Of a stretch of 64,000 nt of DNA, positions 59,882-64,000 are shown in pieces (the first letter of the stretch is position 1; each line of letters starts with the position of its first letter). The position numbers and the translations under genes are program-made. Origin of the DNA: Gammaproteobacteria bacterium (GTDB lineage: Bacteria > Pseudomonadota > Gammaproteobacteria > Pseudomonadales > JAUIET01). The stretch lies in assembly GCA_030429735.1 (NCBI GenBank), contig JAUIET010000011.1:81591-145590 (forward strand), written 5' to 3'. The notes beneath the pieces are model-generated. The model was not told the DNA's origin. It was given only the letters and a program-made list of their open reading frames with translations, and ran no database searches.

Positions 59882-61162
59882 ATGAACAAGCATGAGCTTT
59901 TAGCGCGGCGCCACAAAGCTCTTGGCTCGCATTCCCCGCTGTTTTATGAAGAACCACTTCACCTGGTAAAAGGGCAGGGCGTTTGGGTATGGGATGCCAG
60001 TGGCAAGCGTTACCTGGATGTGTATAACAACGTGCCCCATGTAGGTCACTGTCATCCGCGAGTGGTTGAGGCTCTGTGTTCGCAGGCCTCAGTGCTGAAT
60101 ACACATACTCGCTATCTTCATGAAAACATTGTCAACTACGCCGAGCGACTGACGTCGCTGTTTGACAGTTCGCTGGCTACCGCTATGTTTGCCTGCACTG
60201 GCAGTGAAGCCAATGAGCAGGCACTGCGCATGGCCAGGCATCACACCGGTAAACAGGGCATTATCGTGACCGACAGTGCCTACCATGGCAATACCGAAGC
60301 GGTGTCCGAGCTGGGTACCGAGTTTATGCCGGACGCTGTAACCACCAAACGCGTTAAGGGCATACCCATACCAGATTCATACAAGGGTGTTGAGGGTGTT
60401 GCCCCAGAAGATCTAGCAGACCACTACGCCACTTGCGTGAAGCTTGCTATCGAAGAGTTTGAAGAGGAAGGCATTGGCTTTGCGGGTCTATTGTTGTGCC
60501 CGGAGTTCGCGAACGAAGGTCTGGTGAACGTGCCGCCTGGGTTTATGGAAAAAGCAGTTACGCATGTGCATCAGGCGGGCGGCTTGTTTATTGCCGATGA
60601 GGTTCAGGGTGGTTTTGGTCGTACCGGGTACCACTGGTGGTCACATCAGGGCGAAAACGTAGTGCCCGATATTGTCACACTGGGCAAACCCATGGGCAAT
60701 GGCCACCCCTTGTCCGGCGTGATTGTGCGGGCAGATTTACTCGATGAGTTTGGCCAGTGGAGCATGTACTTTAACACCTTCGCAGGTAATCCTGTGTCCT
60801 GCGCTGTCGGCATGGCAGTACTTGATGTGCTTGAAGAAGAGCAGCTGTTACAGAATTCAGTACAAACAGGGGCAATTGTTGCGCAAGGCCTGCGCAAGCT
60901 GCAAAACCGCCACGAGATTATTGGTGACGTGCGTGATAAAGGCCTGTTTTTTGCTATGGAACTGGTTGAAGACCGCAACAGCAAAGCCCCGCTTGCGGGT
61001 GTTGCCGGGCGTATTATTAACATGATGTGTAAGAAGGGTGTGTTAATCAGCAAAATCGGTCGCAACGACAACATTCTAAAAATGCGACCCCCTATGCCGT
61101 TTAACAAAGACAACGCAGAACAGTTGCTCCAGGCATTGGATGAGTGCTTTTCGGCGTTGTAG
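59882..61162 (+). CDS. class-III aminotransferase-fold PLP enzyme, AGXT2L/phospho-lyase-like
   Basis: YLDVYNNVPHVGHCHPRVVEA, TGSEANEQALRMAR, ADEVQGGFGRTG and TLGKPMGNGHP (PLP lysine) motifs. Confidence 0.88.
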   Translation: MNKHELLARRHKALGSHSPLFYEEPLHLVKGQGVWVWDASGKRYLDVYNNVPHVGHCHPRVVEALCSQASVLNTHTRYLHENIVNYAERLTSLFDSSLATAMFACTGSEANEQALRMARHHTGKQGIIVTDSAYHGNTEAVSELGTEFMPDAVTTKRVKGIPIPDSYKGVEGVAPEDLADHYATCVKLAIEEFEEEGIGFAGLLLCPEFANEGLVNVPPGFMEKAVTHVHQAGGLFIADEVQGGFGRTGYHWWSHQGENVVPDIVTLGKPMGNGHPLSGVIVRADLLDEFGQWSMYFNTFAGNPVSCAVGMAVLDVLEEEQLLQNSVQTGAIVAQGLRKLQNRHEIIGDVRDKGLFFAMELVEDRNSKAPLAGVAGRIINMMCKKGVLISKIGRNDNILKMRPPMPFNKDNAEQLLQALDECFSAL

Positions 61163-61191
61163 TTGCGTTGCAGTGTATAGAGGAGAACCAA

Positions 61192-62214
61192 GTGACTGAT
61201 TTCTATCGAATGGATGATGCAGGGCAAGCCGAAGCGATGGCTGATCTTGCTCGCTCAGCGCTGGTGAATTGGGGCCTGCAAGATAGCGCACTTGAGCTGA
61301 TCAAGTATCGCGAGAATGCAGTGTTCAAGCTGACCACAACAGCGGGCGTTCGTTATGCACTTCGTATTCATCGTTATGCCTACCATAGCGACGATGAGCT
61401 GCGTTCGGAGTTGCAGTGGATGGCAGCGCTTGCGCAAAGTGGAATATCGGTTCCTACGCTGGTTCCCACCACCGATGGAGAACCATTCGCTGTTGTTAAC
61501 GCAGGTGCGGTTCCAGAACCTCGGCAAATTGATCTTTTCGAATGGGTGGATGGCGAGCAACTTGGCTCAGTGGAACAGGGCGTGAGTGATCGCTCTGCGG
61601 TGAAGCACAATTACCGAACAATTGGGCGTTTGATGGCCAGGCTGCATAATCAAGCCGCCAATTGGGCGATACCAATCGGGTTTGAGCGGCATTCATGGGA
61701 TGTTGAAGGTTTAGTCGGTGATCAGCCTTTCTGGGGACGGTTCTGGGAAATGCAGGCATTAACTGCTGACGAACGAACGCTTATAAATAACGCAAGGGAA
61801 CGGGTGAGAAAAGATCTCAGCGCATATCAGTCCGAGCCCGCCAATAGGGAACGATACAGTATTATTCATGCGGACTGCGTGGCGGAAAATGTGATGGTTG
61901 AGAATGATCAGATCCGCCTTATTGACTTTGATGACGCTGGTTTTGGCTGGCACTTGTTTGATTTGGCCACTGCTCTGTACTTTGAAATGGATGAAGACCA
62001 CTTTGAGCAAGCGCGCGACGCTTTAATCGATGGTTACCGGGAACATCGCGCATTACCCGAACAGCAAGTTCAGCAGTTGCCGCTGTTTTTTCTGGCGCGC
62101 AGCTTTACTTATCTGGGATGGGTGCACACGCGTGCTGAGACTCAAACCGCAAAAGAGCTCACACCTGATCTCATCACTATGGCCTGTAAACGTGCCAGCG
62201 AATACATGGTTTAG
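61192..62214 (+). CDS. APH/homoserine-kinase-type-II-fold phosphotransferase
   Basis: GTG at 61192 follows GAGGAG. Brenner motif IIHADCVAENVMV and the metal-binding LIDFDDAG are present. Confidence 0.8.
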   Translation: MTDFYRMDDAGQAEAMADLARSALVNWGLQDSALELIKYRENAVFKLTTTAGVRYALRIHRYAYHSDDELRSELQWMAALAQSGISVPTLVPTTDGEPFAVVNAGAVPEPRQIDLFEWVDGEQLGSVEQGVSDRSAVKHNYRTIGRLMARLHNQAANWAIPIGFERHSWDVEGLVGDQPFWGRFWEMQALTADERTLINNARERVRKDLSAYQSEPANRERYSIIHADCVAENVMVENDQIRLIDFDDAGFGWHLFDLATALYFEMDEDHFEQARDALIDGYREHRALPEQQVQQLPLFFLARSFTYLGWVHTRAETQTAKELTPDLITMACKRASEYMV

Positions 62215-62221
62215 CCCGCAT

Positions 62222-63409
62222 ATGATCTCGATGAAAAAAACAGTGTTGGCGTTAGTTATGATGTTGATTGTGGCATGCAGCCCAATGACCACCGAGCAAC
62301 AGCGTGCTGATGATGTCTCTGCATTGGGTGGCAAGCCGGCCAACGCGATCTTGTTTCTGCAAGGTCAACAACAGATACGTGCATTTCGCAACTCGTCGGT
62401 GTTGGCGCCCACCCGCAAAATAGCGGCGTCTGAATCACCTCTGGCATTGCCACGGTCTGAGCGAGCGCTGGGAAGCGTCAGCATTGAGTACCAAGGCGGA
62501 CAAGTAAGTCTGGAAGACTATCTGTCTGAGCAGCGTGTCGCCGGTTTGATCGCAATTAAAAACGGTGAGGTAATGCTGGAACGCTATCGGCTCGGCAACA
62601 ATGCAGACTCAAAATGGATTTCCTTCTCGGTCGCGAAAAGCGTTGTTTCTTTGCTGATAGGCGCTGCTGTAAAAGATGGTTACATCAACAGCCTGGATCA
62701 AAAAGTAACGGATTATCTGCCACAGCTAAAAGGCTCGGGGTATGAGCAGTCGACGATAAAGCAGCTTCTTCAGATGGCCTCCGGTGTCGCATGGAATGAA
62801 GACTACGCCGACCCAAAGTCAGACGTTGCGGACGCGAACTATGAGACACTCGCATTGTACGAGCATCTGCGACGTAAACCGGTGTCCGCACCCGCCGGGA
62901 CACTGTTCAATTACAACACAGCCGAAACCAATCTAGCCGGTACTCTGCTGCGTTCCGCGATTGGCAATAATCTCGCGACCTATCTGCAGCATAAAATTTG
63001 GCAGCCTTTTGGCATGGAAAGTGACGCGTACTGGCAGTTAACTGAACAGGGGGGCGGCGAGTTCGGTGGTTGTTGCATCAATGCAACCTTGCGCGACTAC
63101 GCACGTATTGGCCTGTTTGCGCTTGGCGAGGGCAGGTTGGCGGATGGTAGTTCAGTATTGCCAGCCAATTGGATGTCAGAGTCTACTTCGCCTTCTCCGG
63201 CTTTTAACGGCTATGGCTACTTTTGGTGGCTGGAAGGCGACGGCAGTTATCAGGCTTCTGGCATTTTTGGCCAGGGCATTTATATTAACCCGGCCACATC
63301 CACTGTTATCGCGATCCACAGCGCCTGGCCAGAAGCCGACAGCGAGCAACGTTGGGGGCTGTTAACTTCAGTATTCAAGGCCATTGATGCAGCGATGGAC
63401 ATTGACTGA
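62222..63409 (+). CDS. serine hydrolase, beta-lactamase-related (class C / esterase family), lipoprotein
   Basis: Starts at 62222 or 62231 (MKKTVLALVMMLIVAC lipobox). S-x-x-K nucleophile FSVAKSV. The ORF-track start at 62030 overlaps the kinase gene and is rejected. Confidence 0.85.
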   Translation: MISMKKTVLALVMMLIVACSPMTTEQQRADDVSALGGKPANAILFLQGQQQIRAFRNSSVLAPTRKIAASESPLALPRSERALGSVSIEYQGGQVSLEDYLSEQRVAGLIAIKNGEVMLERYRLGNNADSKWISFSVAKSVVSLLIGAAVKDGYINSLDQKVTDYLPQLKGSGYEQSTIKQLLQMASGVAWNEDYADPKSDVADANYETLALYEHLRRKPVSAPAGTLFNYNTAETNLAGTLLRSAIGNNLATYLQHKIWQPFGMESDAYWQLTEQGGGEFGGCCINATLRDYARIGLFALGEGRLADGSSVLPANWMSESTSPSPAFNGYGYFWWLEGDGSYQASGIFGQGIYINPATSTVIAIHSAWPEADSEQRWGLLTSVFKAIDAAMDID

Positions 63410-63536
63410 ATCATTGAGTAACACGTTTCTTCACTTTGATTTTGCCAGCGTACCCGATACGAGCGGTGTGTCAGACTTAAAACGAATTGACAAGAAGTGA
63501 ACTGAATTGGCACGATGATTGTATCGTGTTTGTCTA

Positions 63537-63602
63537 CCCAGACCCAGACCCAGACCCAGACCCAGACCCAGACCCAGACCCAGACCCAGACCCAGACCCA
63601 GA
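63537..63602. repeat. perfect hexanucleotide microsatellite (CCCAGA)x11
   Basis: Eleven uninterrupted copies were counted at 63537-63602, in the 318-bp spacer between the hydrolase gene and a small membrane-protein ORF. Confidence 0.95.
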
Positions 63603-63727
63603 GAGGGCTGCTGAATCGGGACACCAGTGTTGGCTTTACATCGTTGTAGCAAACTTAAACGCCTGGGGACGGAGTATAGGATGCTAGCACAACGCCAGTA
63701 ATCGAAGAACAGAGGAGGAATTGCGCA

Positions 63728-63943
63728 GTGATCAGAATGACCTTGTTTTTAATAGTATTCTTATTCGCGGCTGGACTGGTTGGGTTGATGGGGATGTTAG
63801 CGAGTGGGTCAATGCTTGTCTGGGCGGCAGTCGTCGTGAGCACTGCATTGTTGATTATTTATCTGTTCGCCATTCGCGGGCGTATGCAGTCGCTCAATCG
63901 TCGCCGCCAAAAGGTCGAGGAGCAACCCCCGAAAGTTGGCTGA
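63728..63943 (+). CDS. hypothetical small two-TM membrane protein (71 aa)
   Basis: GTG start. Two hydrophobic spans (LFLIVFLFAAGLVGLMGML and MLVWAAVVVSTALLIIYLF) are followed by a basic tail RGRMQSLNRRRQK. Confidence 0.4.
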   Translation: MIRMTLFLIVFLFAAGLVGLMGMLASGSMLVWAAVVVSTALLIIYLFAIRGRMQSLNRRRQKVEEQPPKVG

Positions 63944-64000
63944 GTGAGTTCTAGCGCCACGTGCGAGCAAAGTTGACAGTATCGCTCATTTTCTATCGCC

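Noticed and set aside
63280-63687. ORFs encoding (PD)n on + and (WV)n / (GL)n on - across the hexanucleotide array
   Set aside because: - All three are translations of the same CCCAGA microsatellite.
- The flanking parts of the ORFs have no protein-like features, and the minus-strand ORFs overlap the hydrolase gene end.
- Only the (PD)n frame remains as a remote possibility, noted in the finding.

Overview
The window reads as a chromosomal, mostly core-genome segment of a gammaproteobacterium. Gene order resembles the Pseudomonas/Cellvibrionales type. This is inferred from synteny and motifs only; no database search was possible.

Conserved housekeeping blocks:
- pdxJ-ppiase-SH3-yciB, divergent from trpH-yciO-scpA-scpB-rluB
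- yciK-mupP/gph-ubiG-mtaD, divergent from gyrA-serC-pheA-tyrA-aroA-cmk-rpsA-ihfB-lapA-lapB
- a very short O-antigen initiation module (epimerase/reductase, wbpL-like, wbpM-like), then a DHH protein and pgi
- lpxL, GFA, DUF899, tRNA-Asn, uvrB
- tRNA-Val-thrS-infC(ATT start)-rpmI-rplT-pheS-pheT-ihfA-merR-tRNA-Pro, then gpsA

The two ends are accessory-looking metabolic clusters:
- 5' end: hydrolase, GMC oxidoreductase, FAD oxidoreductase, MFS transporter, enolase-superfamily dehydratase, and a LysM lytic transglycosylase.
- 3' end: an SDR plus DUF2855 operon, a class-III aminotransferase-fold enzyme plus an APH-fold kinase, and a serine hydrolase lipoprotein.

No CRISPR array, rRNA, integrase, transposase or obvious defence/toxin system is visible.

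Structures the gene list does not explain:
1. Three tandem 199-bp repeats lie just downstream of tRNA-Pro(GGG). Each re-uses the tRNA 3' acceptor segment and can fold into a multi-hairpin RNA. Two substitutions between copies preserve pairing as G.U only on the tRNA strand.
2. A 293-bp MITE-like element with 31-bp terminal inverted repeats and TA duplication sits exactly in the stop codon between two formerly coupled genes. It lies in a small zone of gene decay: a frameshifted MFS gene and an ORF pair split by one in-frame TAA.
3. A 390-bp AT-rich gap between convergent genes contains a well-positioned Shine-Dalgarno (SD) sequence and a 24-aa hydrophobic ORF.
4. Perfect microsatellites: (CCCAGA)11 and (CCTTGCT)4.
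5. A 24-bp perfect inverted repeat incorporates the 3' end of tRNA-Asn.

All product names come from motif recognition by eye. Coordinates of alternative starts were checked against the sequence.
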